Positions 23,040 to 33,044 of a stretch of 64,000 nt of DNA are shown here, one piece after another. The notes under the pieces were generated by a model. That model saw only the letters and a list, made by a program, of their open reading frames with translations. It had not been told where the DNA came from and made no database searches. The translations under genes and the position numbers were made by a program. This stretch comes from an uncultured Leptospirales bacterium (GTDB lineage: Bacteria; Spirochaetota; UBA4802; JAKQUI01): contig CAZZCF010000007.1 in NCBI GenBank assembly GCA_964652955.1, positions 1 through 64,000 on the forward strand, in the 5' to 3' direction. Position 1 is the stretch's first letter; the number at the start of each line of letters is the position of its first letter.

Positions 23040-24335
23040 TCAGTACCCGAAGAGACGCGGCAGGATGAGGCTGATGGCGGGCATGGCGGTTACGAGCAGC
23101 AGCGCGGCGATCATCCCGATGAAGAGGGGCATCAGAGGCCGAATCACGCTGAGAATCGATATCCCTGAGATGCTGCAGCCGACGAAGAGGACGCTCCCCA
23201 CCGGCGGCGTGCACAATCCGATGCAGAGATTGAGTACCATTATAATGCCGAAGTGAATGGGATCAATCCCCAGCGTCACCACCACCGGGAGAAAGATAGG
23301 GGTGAAGATGAGCACTGCCGGCGTCATATCCATGAAGGTTCCCACCACGAGCAGGATGCAATTAATGATCAGGAGGATGAGTATTCTGTTTTCGGTGAGC
23401 GCGATGAGCGCGGTGCTAATGCTCTGCGGTATATTCGCATAGGCCATAATCCAGGACATGCCCATCGATGTTCCCACCAGGAGCATGACGATGGAGGTGG
23501 TAACCGCGCTTTCCAGGAGGATGTCGGGTATCTCCCTGAACCGCACCTCGCGGTAAACGAGGACGGAGAGGACGAAGGTATACAGCACCGCGATGGCGGA
23601 TGCCTCGGTTGCGGTGAAGTATCCTGCGACGATGCCGCCGATGACCACGATCAGAAGGAAGAGACTGGGAATGGCATCGAGGAATCGAATGAGTCCCGTC
23701 CGGAGCGGTATGGCGTCGCCTACCGGATAGCGGCGCCGTTTTGCGTAGATGCACGATATGATCATGAGGAAGAGCCCCACGAGTATACCCGGCAGATAGC
23801 CGGCGAGGAAAAGGGCAGCGATGGAGATTCCACCGCTCGCCAGCGAGAAGACGATGAGAATATTGCTCGGTGGTATTATAAGTCCCGTTGTTGCCGAGGA
23901 GATGGTAACCGCCGCGCTGAACTCGCGGTCGTATCCCTCGGCCACCATCACCGGGACCATGAAACCGCCGATGGCCGAAACGGCAGCGACCGCTGATCCG
24001 GAAATTGCCCCGAAGAGCATGCACGCCAGAATGTTGACAAGGGCAAGCCCACCGGGAAGCCGACCGAAGAGAAATATAGCCAGATCGATGAGCCGGCGTG
24101 CAATGCCGCCGCGATTCATGAACTGCCCTGACAGTATGAAGAGCGGGATGGCCAGGAGCGCAAAGCTGTCGAGACCGGTTGCGATTCGCTGGGCGACCGT
24201 TGTTGCCGCGGGGAGATAGCTGATGCTCATGAGCATCGTGCCGAGCGTCGCGATCCCCATGCAGAAGGATATCGGTACGCCGGCGAGCAGCAGCACGATG
24301 AATATTCCCATAAGAAAAAAGGCTTCTCCTTCCAT
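23040..24335 (-). CDS. dctM: TRAP transporter large permease
   Basis: 431-aa polytopic membrane protein with DctM-like sequence. Last gene of a P-Q-M gene order. Confidence 0.88.
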   Translation of the reverse strand: MEGEAFFLMGIFIVLLLAGVPISFCMGIATLGTMLMSISYLPAATTVAQRIATGLDSFALLAIPLFILSGQFMNRGGIARRLIDLAIFLFGRLPGGLALVNILACMLFGAISGSAVAAVSAIGGFMVPVMVAEGYDREFSAAVTISSATTGLIIPPSNILIVFSLASGGISIAALFLAGYLPGILVGLFLMIISCIYAKRRRYPVGDAIPLRTGLIRFLDAIPSLFLLIVVIGGIVAGYFTATEASAIAVLYTFVLSVLVYREVRFREIPDILLESAVTTSIVMLLVGTSMGMSWIMAYANIPQSISTALIALTENRILILLIINCILLVVGTFMDMTPAVLIFTPIFLPVVVTLGIDPIHFGIIMVLNLCIGLCTPPVGSVLFVGCSISGISILSVIRPLMPLFIGMIAALLLVTAMPAISLILPRLFGY

Positions 24336-24354
24336 ATCCTATTCCCGATTTTCG

Positions 24355-24882
24355 TTATCGACGTTCCGCGCTCGATTCCTCCCCTCGACGGGTGAATGCA
24401 TGCCTGCGCGAGCGCAAAGGAATGGCTGTTCTCAGTGAGTCGAGGGCGTACAGGATGATGAGGAATCCGCTCACGGGGATGACCAGGTAGACGATCCCGA
24501 GCGGGATCTGAAGCGCGGCGGAGCTTTGCCGCAGGGAGAGGGTCAAGTACACAAGTCGAGCGCCGCCGATCACCATGACCAGCAGGGCGAAGGCGAGCAG
24601 CGAGAGATCGATGAATATCCCGAGATATTCACGTGCCCCTTCGCGGAGCCGGGTGCCCAGTATATCAATGGCGAGATGCTTTTTCGCTCCGGCAGTATAG
24701 CTGGCCCCGAGGAGCCCTACCCAGATGAGGAGGAAACGGGCGATCTCCTCAGTATATGAGCTCGGATCCCCCAGGATAAAGCGGGTGAAGATCTGCCACA
24801 GGACGTTCACCGTCATGAGTGCCATGATCGCCATGAGCACTCCCTCCAGTATTCTATTGACGATCACTATCATTCTTGTCAT
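24355..24882 (-). CDS. dctQ: TRAP transporter small permease
   Basis: 175 aa with four TM helices. Positioned between dctP-like and dctM-like genes. Confidence 0.8.
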   Translation of the reverse strand: MTRMIVIVNRILEGVLMAIMALMTVNVLWQIFTRFILGDPSSYTEEIARFLLIWVGLLGASYTAGAKKHLAIDILGTRLREGAREYLGIFIDLSLLAFALLVMVIGGARLVYLTLSLRQSSAALQIPLGIVYLVIPVSGFLIILYALDSLRTAIPLRSRRHAFTRRGEESSAERR

Positions 24883-24883
24883 T

Positions 24884-25909
24884 TTAGCGCACCGCCGTAA
24901 TCTGTTCGATGAGCAATTTCATCTCCGGGTTTCTGCTGTACCGCTCGTAGAGCGGCTGAACCCGCTCGCGAAAGGGTTTTTTGTCGGGATACGAAACCAG
25001 CACCCCTGCGCGGCGAACCGCAGCGAGCGCCTCCACGGTTGCCTTGCGCCATATCTTCTTCTGATACTGCGCCGATTCGTCGGCGGCTTCCTGAAGCCAA
25101 TCCCGCTGCCGGGTAGTGAGCGCCCTCCAGATGGTCGTGCTCACCAGCAGAACATCCGGCACCGCCGTGTGCTCATCAAGGGAATAGAATGTGCAGATTT
25201 CGTAATGTCGCGAGGTATAGAAGGATGGCGGATTATTCTCCGCCCCGTCGACAATTCCCTGCTGCAGCGCCGTGTACAACTCTCCCCATGAGATCGGCGT
25301 TGCCGATCCGCCGAGCGCATTCACGATTCTGATGGCGCAGGCGCTCTCCTGTGTTCGAATCTTGAGGCCGATGAGATCCTCCGGCCGTCGTATGTTTTGT
25401 TCCTTCGTGTAAAAGCTCCTGCTCCCGGCATCATAATAGCAGAGGCCGCGAAGTCGGTATTTCTCCAGTTCGTGGAGGAGATCCCTTCCGATGGCGCCTT
25501 CAAAGACCGAGAACTTGTGGGACTCGTCTCGGAAGAGGAAGGGGAGACCGAAGACCTGAAAGATCGGCGCAAAGCATTCGAGAACGCTCGAGGATACCTT
25601 GGTCATCCCCAGACTGCCGATCTGCAGGAGCTCGAGACACTCCCGCTCGGTACCAAGCTGCTGGCCGGGATAGATGTCAATTCTCATGGTTCCTCCCGAT
25701 TTTTCCTTCAGGAGGCGTGCCATAAAGGTCATGGCTTGGTGAACCGGGTGCGTGGTGTCCAGACCGTGGCCGAGCTTGATTACCGTGACATTTTTCCGCG
25801 GGCTGCAGGCCTGGATGAGGACAAGGTGCATCAGCAGCGTGAGGAATATCATACCCCGCTGCCTGATAGGCGATCGCGGCATCATCACTCTCCCCTGCTC
25901 ACCGCTCAT
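24884..25909 (-). CDS. dctP: TRAP transporter solute-binding protein
   Basis: 341 aa. Signal/lipoprotein-like N-terminus. DctP-family similarity (LGHGLDTTHPVHQAMTF, YPGQQLG). Confidence 0.82.
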   Translation of the reverse strand: MSGEQGRVMMPRSPIRQRGMIFLTLLMHLVLIQACSPRKNVTVIKLGHGLDTTHPVHQAMTFMARLLKEKSGGTMRIDIYPGQQLGTERECLELLQIGSLGMTKVSSSVLECFAPIFQVFGLPFLFRDESHKFSVFEGAIGRDLLHELEKYRLRGLCYYDAGSRSFYTKEQNIRRPEDLIGLKIRTQESACAIRIVNALGGSATPISWGELYTALQQGIVDGAENNPPSFYTSRHYEICTFYSLDEHTAVPDVLLVSTTIWRALTTRQRDWLQEAADESAQYQKKIWRKATVEALAAVRRAGVLVSYPDKKPFRERVQPLYERYSRNPEMKLLIEQITAVR

Positions 25910-27371
25910 CTGTACCGATGAGGATGCCCTTTAACTCCTTCTCCTCGTCAATCATCTCTGTCGTAGATTCACCGCCCCTCTTTCGGGAGAGGAGCGTGCG
26001 CAGCCGCTCGTGGAGCATCGGGGAGAGGGGATAGCGAATACAGTTTATGAGCGCAACGGCAAGGAAGATCATCGGCGCCAGGGCGAAGATCAGCCGGAGG
26101 ATGATGATGAAGGTATCGGACTGCTCCTGCGGTATCATCTTCACGGCACCGGCCACCTTCTGCTCGACGGGAGGGAGATAGCCGGCAAGATGAATTGCAC
26201 CGGAGATCAGGAAGAGGGCGATGGCCGAGCTCGCCTTCCTCATGAAGGTGAAGAGGCCGGAGTAGATCCCCTCTCGCCGCTCGCCGGTCTTGAGCTCATC
26301 GATATCCGGTATGTCGGGAAACATGGCGAAGATGGTGACGTTGTTGCCCGCCGATGCGATGCCGAGGACGGCGCCGAAGAGGTAGAGAAAGAGGAGCGGG
26401 GAATCGGGCCCTACGATAAAGCTGTATATCAGCGCGAGCATCCAGAGTATCACCGATCCCATAAAAACAGTCCGCTTGCTCGTCTTCTTGCTCAGGATGT
26501 CGGAGATGGGAAGGAAGACAATTTGCATGATGAAGAGGGTTGCGAGGAGCGGAGTCAGCTGATCCGGCCTGCCGATGTAATAGGTCATGAAGTAGATGAC
26601 GATTGCCATCACCGAGTCTATGGTGAGGAAGGAGAAGATGTACATCATCATAACATGCCGAAAGGATCGCACCTTGAAGGGCTCGATGAAGGTGAAGGTG
26701 ATCGTTTCCGAGAACCGCCTGTGCGCTATCTCGCGCTGGAATTCCTTCCGCTCGAAAGTCGTGAAAAAGGTGCCGATGTAGGGGAGCGCGAAGAAGAGGC
26801 CGAAGCAGACCGCCATCACCATATAGCCGGTCCGCACATCGTCGAATCCCCTGACCACCTCGAGGGGGACCGTCGCGCAGAGAATGCCCGAGATGCCGGA
26901 GAAGACCATGCGAAAGGTGGCGAGCGATGTTCGCTCGTTGTAGTCGACGGTGAGCTCCGAAGCCAGCGCGTTGTAGGGAACCATCACCATGGTGATGACC
27001 GTCGAGAAGAAGATGTAGGCGCAGCAGACGTAGATGAAGCGGTGCATCTCGCGCGAGAAGTCGACGGGGAACCACATCAGGAAGAAGGAGAGGAAGATCA
27101 GAATGATACCCGCGAGAAAGTAGGGCCTCCTCCTGCCGAAGCGGGTCCGGGTTTGGTCCGAGATCATCCCCATCAGGGGATCGCTCACCGCGTCCCATAT
27201 CTTGCTGATGAGGAAGGCGAGTCCCGCAAGCGCCGGGCTTATCTTGACGATATCGGTGAGAAAGTAGAGGTAGTAGAAGCCGATGATGGTCATGGCGCCG
27301 CCGCCGAAGATGTCGCCGGCGCCATAGCCCAGCTTGGTCGACAGGCTGAGCTTCTCCGAGGAATTGTTCAT
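25899..27371 (-). CDS. MFS transporter, glycoside-pentoside-hexuronide (GPH) cation symporter family
   Basis: Internal start MNNSSEKLSL, preceded by a GGGAGG RBS. The N-terminal region (GYGAGD...DAVSDPLMGMISDQTRTRFGRRRPY) is the GPH/MelB signature. Paralog of 59949..61409. Confidence 0.8.
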   Translation of the reverse strand: MNNSSEKLSLSTKLGYGAGDIFGGGAMTIIGFYYLYFLTDIVKISPALAGLAFLISKIWDAVSDPLMGMISDQTRTRFGRRRPYFLAGIILIFLSFFLMWFPVDFSREMHRFIYVCCAYIFFSTVITMVMVPYNALASELTVDYNERTSLATFRMVFSGISGILCATVPLEVVRGFDDVRTGYMVMAVCFGLFFALPYIGTFFTTFERKEFQREIAHRRFSETITFTFIEPFKVRSFRHVMMMYIFSFLTIDSVMAIVIYFMTYYIGRPDQLTPLLATLFIMQIVFLPISDILSKKTSKRTVFMGSVILWMLALIYSFIVGPDSPLLFLYLFGAVLGIASAGNNVTIFAMFPDIPDIDELKTGERREGIYSGLFTFMRKASSAIALFLISGAIHLAGYLPPVEQKVAGAVKMIPQEQSDTFIIILRLIFALAPMIFLAVALINCIRYPLSPMLHERLRTLLSRKRGGESTTEMIDEEKELKGILIGTDER

Positions 27372-27599
27372 GGCAATCGCCTCCCGATGGTGTGAACAGG
27401 AATTGTAATTCTGTTTCGGCAACAGATAACCGTACCACAAAAGTTCACAAATGCAAGCACTAATTCGACAGGGGCACGCGCGTTTTCATAGAAATTGCAA
27501 CGGGGAAAATAAATTATTGAATCGTCGATAAATTATATATAGTATTTCTTTAAAAAGTAAATTTTCCCGTTCAGCACAAAACGTCATTGAGAGAGAACT

Positions 27600-30500
27600 A
27601 TGGAAAATAAGAAAATACTCGTTGTCGAAAATGAAATACCTATCGCGCTGCATATCGGCGAAGCACTCAGCAGCAGGGGCGGCTATACCGCGCAAATAGC
27701 CGCAAACGGTGCCGAAGCGCTTGAAATGATATCAGCGGACATGCCTGACCTGGTCATTATGGACATTTTACTCGATGATCAGATGGATGGAATCGAAGCC
27801 TCAGAAATCATAAAAGCACGATACGACATTCCTGTTATTTATATCACCGCAAGCACCGATTACAGCCATTTAAAGCGAGCAATAGAAACAGAACCGTATG
27901 GATATATTATTAAACCGATTGATGAGCTGGAGCTCTCCTGTGCAGTACAGCTGACCCTTCAGAAGCACGAGTCGGAGAAGAAGATAGGTGAGAGCGAGGA
28001 GCGCTACCGATCTCTGTTCGAAGGCGCGAGTGATCATGTCTTCCTGGTAAACAAAGATCTGCAGTATTTCGCCGTAAACCCGAGCGCCCTTCAAGCGGGA
28101 GGTTTTCAACTGGAAGATATAAAAGATAAAGGGCCCCATGAAGTTTTCCACGAGGATGGTGAGTTCTATCTGGCAAAATACCGTAAGGTGTTACAGACAG
28201 GAAAGCCTGATAGATTTGAGCGAGAACTTCGTCTTTCCGACGGCTTTCACTGGTTCTCGGTTATATTAAGTCCCATTCGAGATAAAAAAGGAGACGTTGT
28301 CGGATTGACCGGCATAAGCAGAGACATCACTGAACGGAAAAATGCAGAAGCAATGCTCAGGAGGGGAGAACAGGAAATCCGTATAATCGCCGACAGCGTT
28401 CCCGGCCTGTTTTCATATCTCGATGCAGAAGGCCGGTATCGCTTTGTGAGCAAGCGGTACGAAGAGTGGTTCGGCGTCTCCCGCGAGGAGACAATTGGGA
28501 AGCATTATCGGGAGGTTCTGGGTGAGAACACCTATGAGATAATCAGGGATCACGTCAATGCGGCCCTCTCGGGTAAGCTGGTCCGATACGAGAATGAGCT
28601 CCCCTACAGTAATGGCGGCACGAAGTGGGTAATCGCCGAGTATGTTCCGGATCTCGATGAACAGGGAAACGTCGATGGCTTCTTCGCCCTGGTTATCGAC
28701 ATCACCGAACGGAAGCGGGCGGAAGAGCTGGCTATTGCCCAGCGAGACCTGGGGCTGGCGCTCGGAGAGATGCATGGACTCGACGAGGCGCTGGGGCTCT
28801 GCCTGGAGACAGCCATTCGCATTTCAGGCATGGACAGCGGCGGCATCTACCTCCTTGACGAGCCGTCCGGTGCGTTTGATCTTGTCATTCATCAGGGGCT
28901 GTCGAACTATTTCGTCAGCAGTGCGTCTCACTATGCGCCAGATTCGCCCAATGTGCAGCTCATCATGGCGGGCCGGCCGGTCTACAGTGAACATCAGCAG
29001 TTAAGCGTGCCTCTTAAGACTTTTGAAATGCGCGAGAATTTGAGAGCCATCGCCATACTGCCGGTGCGCCACGAAGATCAAATGACAGCCTGTCTCAATG
29101 TCGCTTCCCATGCCGTAGACGTGGTTCCCAATTGGTCCCGCATCGCGCTTGAAGCGATAGCAGCTCAAATAGGAAGCACCCTTGCCAGCAAGCGTGCGGA
29201 GGAGGCGAAGCGGGAGAGCGAAATGCGGGAGCGGGAGTATATACAAAACCTCGAGTTTCTCTCCCGGACGGCATTTGAGCTTCTTGAATACCCCGCCGAT
29301 GGGAACCACTATGAATTCATCGGAGGGAAACTCAACGAGATAATAAAAAACGCCGTAATCATTATCAATTCATACGATGAAAGCTCCAATACACTCTGCT
29401 GCAGGGACATCAGGGGACTCGGCGGTTTAACCGAAAAGGTTACAGCACTCCTCGGGAAATCACTCGTCGGAATGGTGGTACCGCTCACCATTGATGAGGC
29501 ATGGGAGCGATTGCACACCGGGAGGATAATGGATGGACCCGCGGGCCTTCACGATCTGAGCTTTGGCAAGATACCGAAGCGGACAGCCCGCGCGATTGAG
29601 AAGCTCCTCGGCATTGATCACATTTACGCGATCGGTTTTGTCAGCGAGGGGAAACTGTTCGGTACCGCCATTTTTGTACTGCTCGGAGGTGCAGATCGGA
29701 TATCCTGGAACCCGGTGGAAACCTTCATACACCAGGCGGCCATTGCGCTGCAGCGAAGGCAGGCAGTCTATGCGCTTTCCGAGAGCGAGCGGAAGTACCG
29801 CGATCTGGTCGAGAACATCAGCGATGTCATCTACACGCTCGACGGGAAGGGCATCATAACCTACATAAGTCCCGTTGTGAAGCGTCTGTACGGATACGAT
29901 CCGGACGATATTATAGGGAAGCACTTTACAGACCTTGTATACCCAGAGGATGTGGAGCTCATTGTCGAGGGATTCGAGCGATCGCTGCAGGATATCCATT
30001 TGCCCAATGAATACCGGCTGATAACCCGATCGGGTGAAGTGAGATGGTTTCGCGTATCCGAGAGAACCATCCATGAAGGAGATATGCCAGCAGGTGTTCG
30101 GGGCATTCTGACTGATATCACCGAGAAGAAGCTGGCGGAGGAAAAATTACGCGAGAGCGAGGAGCGTTTTCGTGATATTGTCGAAAATGCCGAGGCCGGT
30201 TACTTTTTCATTGATACGGAAGGATATTACCAATCGGTGAATAAAGCATGGCTGCGCATGTACGGTTACTCCTCTGCCGAAGAGGTCATCGGCAAGCACT
30301 TTTCTATCACCCAGGTAGAGACAGATCTGGAAGAGGCTTTCCAGCTGGGGGAACAGGTATTGCGGGGCGAACCGCTCAATACGAATGAGTTCACCCGGCG
30401 TTGCAAGGATGGATCTGTCGGCTATCACTCCTTCGCATCCCGGCCCGTGGTCAGAGAAGGCAAGGTGGTGGGTATCGAGGGATTCATGACCGATATCACC

Positions 30501-31502
30501 GAACGTAAGCGTATGGAGCAACGGCAGTGCGAGAGCGAGGAGAAAGCAAGGGTTCTGCTCAATGCGCCGATCGGTGCGGTGCTCCTTATTGACAGTGACG
30601 GGAATATTCTCGACGCCAATGAAACCGTGCTCAGGCGAACCAACCGGACCATGGATGAGGTAATCGGCATGTCGGTCTCGGATCTGGTGCCTGAGGAAGT
30701 GGCGCTGTCAAGGAGAGCGCACATTCAACAGGTTATAGATAGCGCAAAGCCTGCGCGTTTTGTGGATTTCCACGACGGCATATGGAACGATATTATGTTG
30801 TATCCAATCTTCGATGCAGACGGGAAGGTAGACAAGATTGCAGCCTTTGGATATGACATCACCGAGAAGAAAACTCTGGAGAAAGAGATTTTGAACATCA
30901 GCGAAAAGGAGCGAAGGCGCATCGGCCAGGAGCTCCACGACGGCCTCGGGCAGCTCCTCACCGGGATAGCATACATCACCGAGGTGCTGAAAGATAAGCT
31001 CGCTGAAAAGGGGTATTCCGAGGTATCGGATGTGAAAAAGATATCAGCGCTCATCGAGGATGCCATCGAGCAGACGCGCGGCCTGGCGCGCGGCCTCTAT
31101 CCGGTGATCTCTGAGCCCTCGGGGATTATCACCGCACTGGAGAGCATGGCGCTGCGAGTTGAGCGGATTTTCGGGATAAGCTGCCGGGTGGAGAGAAGTG
31201 GGAAGATTCGGATTTCCGATAACGCTGTTGCAACAAATCTCTTTTTCATAGCCCAGGAGGCGGTCAACAATGCCATAAAGCACGGGAAGGCTAAGAAAAT
31301 CCGGCTCTGTCTGAACACCGGTAAATCGAAGATCACCATCGCCATTCACGACGACGGAACCGGGTACACACAGGAGAAAAAGGAGGACGCCGGGATGGGA
31401 TTGAGGATTATGCGGTACCGGGCAGAACAGATTGGCGCTGAATTTTCCGGCGTTCCCGGTGAAAATGGCGGCTTTACCGTTACGGTTGCCCTGAAAGCTT
31501 GA
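27600..31502 (+). CDS. Hybrid sensor kinase: N-terminal receiver, multiple PAS domains, GAF, HisKA_3 (NarX-type) dimerisation domain, HATPase_c
   Basis: 1300 aa. REC with acceptor in DLVIMDILL. At least four PAS modules (repeated DITERK linkers), a GAF-like region, an H-box ELHDGLGQLLTG typical of HisKA_3, and a C-terminal GHKL ATPase. Confidence 0.88.
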   Translation: MENKKILVVENEIPIALHIGEALSSRGGYTAQIAANGAEALEMISADMPDLVIMDILLDDQMDGIEASEIIKARYDIPVIYITASTDYSHLKRAIETEPYGYIIKPIDELELSCAVQLTLQKHESEKKIGESEERYRSLFEGASDHVFLVNKDLQYFAVNPSALQAGGFQLEDIKDKGPHEVFHEDGEFYLAKYRKVLQTGKPDRFERELRLSDGFHWFSVILSPIRDKKGDVVGLTGISRDITERKNAEAMLRRGEQEIRIIADSVPGLFSYLDAEGRYRFVSKRYEEWFGVSREETIGKHYREVLGENTYEIIRDHVNAALSGKLVRYENELPYSNGGTKWVIAEYVPDLDEQGNVDGFFALVIDITERKRAEELAIAQRDLGLALGEMHGLDEALGLCLETAIRISGMDSGGIYLLDEPSGAFDLVIHQGLSNYFVSSASHYAPDSPNVQLIMAGRPVYSEHQQLSVPLKTFEMRENLRAIAILPVRHEDQMTACLNVASHAVDVVPNWSRIALEAIAAQIGSTLASKRAEEAKRESEMREREYIQNLEFLSRTAFELLEYPADGNHYEFIGGKLNEIIKNAVIIINSYDESSNTLCCRDIRGLGGLTEKVTALLGKSLVGMVVPLTIDEAWERLHTGRIMDGPAGLHDLSFGKIPKRTARAIEKLLGIDHIYAIGFVSEGKLFGTAIFVLLGGADRISWNPVETFIHQAAIALQRRQAVYALSESERKYRDLVENISDVIYTLDGKGIITYISPVVKRLYGYDPDDIIGKHFTDLVYPEDVELIVEGFERSLQDIHLPNEYRLITRSGEVRWFRVSERTIHEGDMPAGVRGILTDITEKKLAEEKLRESEERFRDIVENAEAGYFFIDTEGYYQSVNKAWLRMYGYSSAEEVIGKHFSITQVETDLEEAFQLGEQVLRGEPLNTNEFTRRCKDGSVGYHSFASRPVVREGKVVGIEGFMTDITERKRMEQRQCESEEKARVLLNAPIGAVLLIDSDGNILDANETVLRRTNRTMDEVIGMSVSDLVPEEVALSRRAHIQQVIDSAKPARFVDFHDGIWNDIMLYPIFDADGKVDKIAAFGYDITEKKTLEKEILNISEKERRRIGQELHDGLGQLLTGIAYITEVLKDKLAEKGYSEVSDVKKISALIEDAIEQTRGLARGLYPVISEPSGIITALESMALRVERIFGISCRVERSGKIRISDNAVATNLFFIAQEAVNNAIKHGKAKKIRLCLNTGKSKITIAIHDDGTGYTQEKKEDAGMGLRIMRYRAEQIGAEFSGVPGENGGFTVTVALKA

Positions 31503-31788
31503 TTCGGGTCAGGATTATTAAACATTAAATATGATGTTTTCCATGATAATAAAACAACCAGTTTCGGTTATTGAAATATTCTATCATTTGCAATATTTAT
31601 TTAATAGTATACTTCATATAGTTATGAGGGATGATTACCGCGACGATGGCCGAACAGTTCGATAATAACACGGTCAATTACGTAATAAGTACATCTTGCT
31701 GTAAAGAGATTCTTTTTCGTCTGTTCGATAAACATGGCCTCACGTTTTATAACACGTACGGAGGTTTCATACTGCAATAGCAAAAAAA

Positions 31789-32478
31789 ATGAAGACAGTT
31801 AATGAAAATGAGAGGGACAATAGAACGGTCAGGATTGTCATTGTCGATGATCATCCCATCGTTCGACAGGGATTAAAAGAACTGATTGAACGTGATAAGG
31901 ATATTCTCGTCTGTGACGATGTCGGGGATACCAAGAGCGCCATCCGGGCTATCGCGAAGCATGAGCCTGACCTCGCTCTCGTCGACATCTCGCTCAACGG
32001 GACCAGCAGCGGCATCGATCTCGTTCGGGCGATTCGAGAGCGATATCCGAAAATCAAAACGCTCGTTCTCTCCATGCACGATGAATCGATATACGCCGAG
32101 CGGGCGATCCGGGCGGGCGCCCGGGGATACATCATGAAAAAGGAGGCGACCAGGAACATCATACAGGCGATCCGGAAGGTGATGGAGGGGGATATATATC
32201 TCAGCGAGGAGATGTCGGGACGGATTATCGACAAGCTCCTCCATGCAGGTCCTGAGGATGTCGATACGCACATAGAAAAACTGAGCAACAAGCAGCTCGA
32301 GGTGTTTCGCCTCATCGGAAGGGGATTCAAGACGGGCGTCATAGCGAAAAAGCTCAATATCAGCGTCAACACGGTTGAATCACATCGACGATATATAAAG
32401 GAGAAGCTGGGACTGAAGAGCTCGGCGGAGCTTACGAGGCTTGCCGTTCAATGGTCGCTCGAAAGTACCGCCGAGTGA
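31789..32478 (+). CDS. NarL/FixJ-family response regulator (REC plus LuxR-type HTH)
   Basis: 229 aa. REC (VDISLNG acceptor) and a C-terminal LuxR HTH (LSNKQLEVFRLIGRGFKTGVIAKKLNISVNTVESHRRYI). Cognate partner for the HisKA_3 kinase upstream. Confidence 0.9.
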   Translation: MKTVNENERDNRTVRIVIVDDHPIVRQGLKELIERDKDILVCDDVGDTKSAIRAIAKHEPDLALVDISLNGTSSGIDLVRAIRERYPKIKTLVLSMHDESIYAERAIRAGARGYIMKKEATRNIIQAIRKVMEGDIYLSEEMSGRIIDKLLHAGPEDVDTHIEKLSNKQLEVFRLIGRGFKTGVIAKKLNISVNTVESHRRYIKEKLGLKSSAELTRLAVQWSLESTAE

Positions 32479-32587
32479 TGCTGAACGAAGAGCCGTGATG
32501 AACAAACCTGCCTGAAAACATTCAATTATTCCAGAAACCTTACCCCTGAAAGCCCCCTGAGAATTATTACTAACAAGAAATTGACAT

Positions 32588-32618
32588 GTTCCCCGCCCGC
32601 CGGAGGCGGGCGGGGAAC
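32588..32618 (+). terminator. GC-rich hairpin (14-bp stem, GGAG loop) downstream of the LuxR regulator gene. Likely an intrinsic terminator.
   Basis: gttccccgcccgcc ggag gcgggcggggaac read directly. An AT-rich region with an 11-A run follows. Confidence 0.5.
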
Positions 32619-33044
32619 AATGATTTCATACTTTCTGGACGCCGGTTAGGCCGGCATGTCGAACTAAACAAAAAAAAAAATATAAACATAATTGAATCCA
32701 TCATAACAATATCACTACTATCGGCCATTGACATGATGGAAACAAACAATTATTCATTATATATGTATCAAGGTAACAGGTGAGGTGATCTACCGTTTCG
32801 ACACAGGGGAGAAGAGCTCTGATAAGAATGCGGATAGTGAGTTCTCTGTGTCAAGGAGTGCTCATATAAATAAACGCGGTGAACCTCCGAATTTTATGAG
32901 CTTACCTATGACAACGGAATTGTACAGAAAACGAAAATCATCTAATGGTCATGCATACCTGTGGTGTTGCATCCGTTAAATATAAAGCACATCCGGTCAT
33001 TGCAGAGAGCGGTACCGGAAAATTTAAGGGAGGATTATAATCGC

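Noticed and set aside
23253-24024. 247-aa and 202-aa ORFs overlapping dctM on both strands
   Set aside because: His/Asp/Arg-rich low-complexity products inside a clear TRAP permease gene. Spurious.
26010-27438. 461-aa plus-strand and 380-aa minus-strand ORFs overlapping the GPH transporter gene
   Set aside because: Acidic and Arg/His-rich low-complexity translations opposite to, or out of frame with, a well-supported MFS/GPH gene. Spurious.
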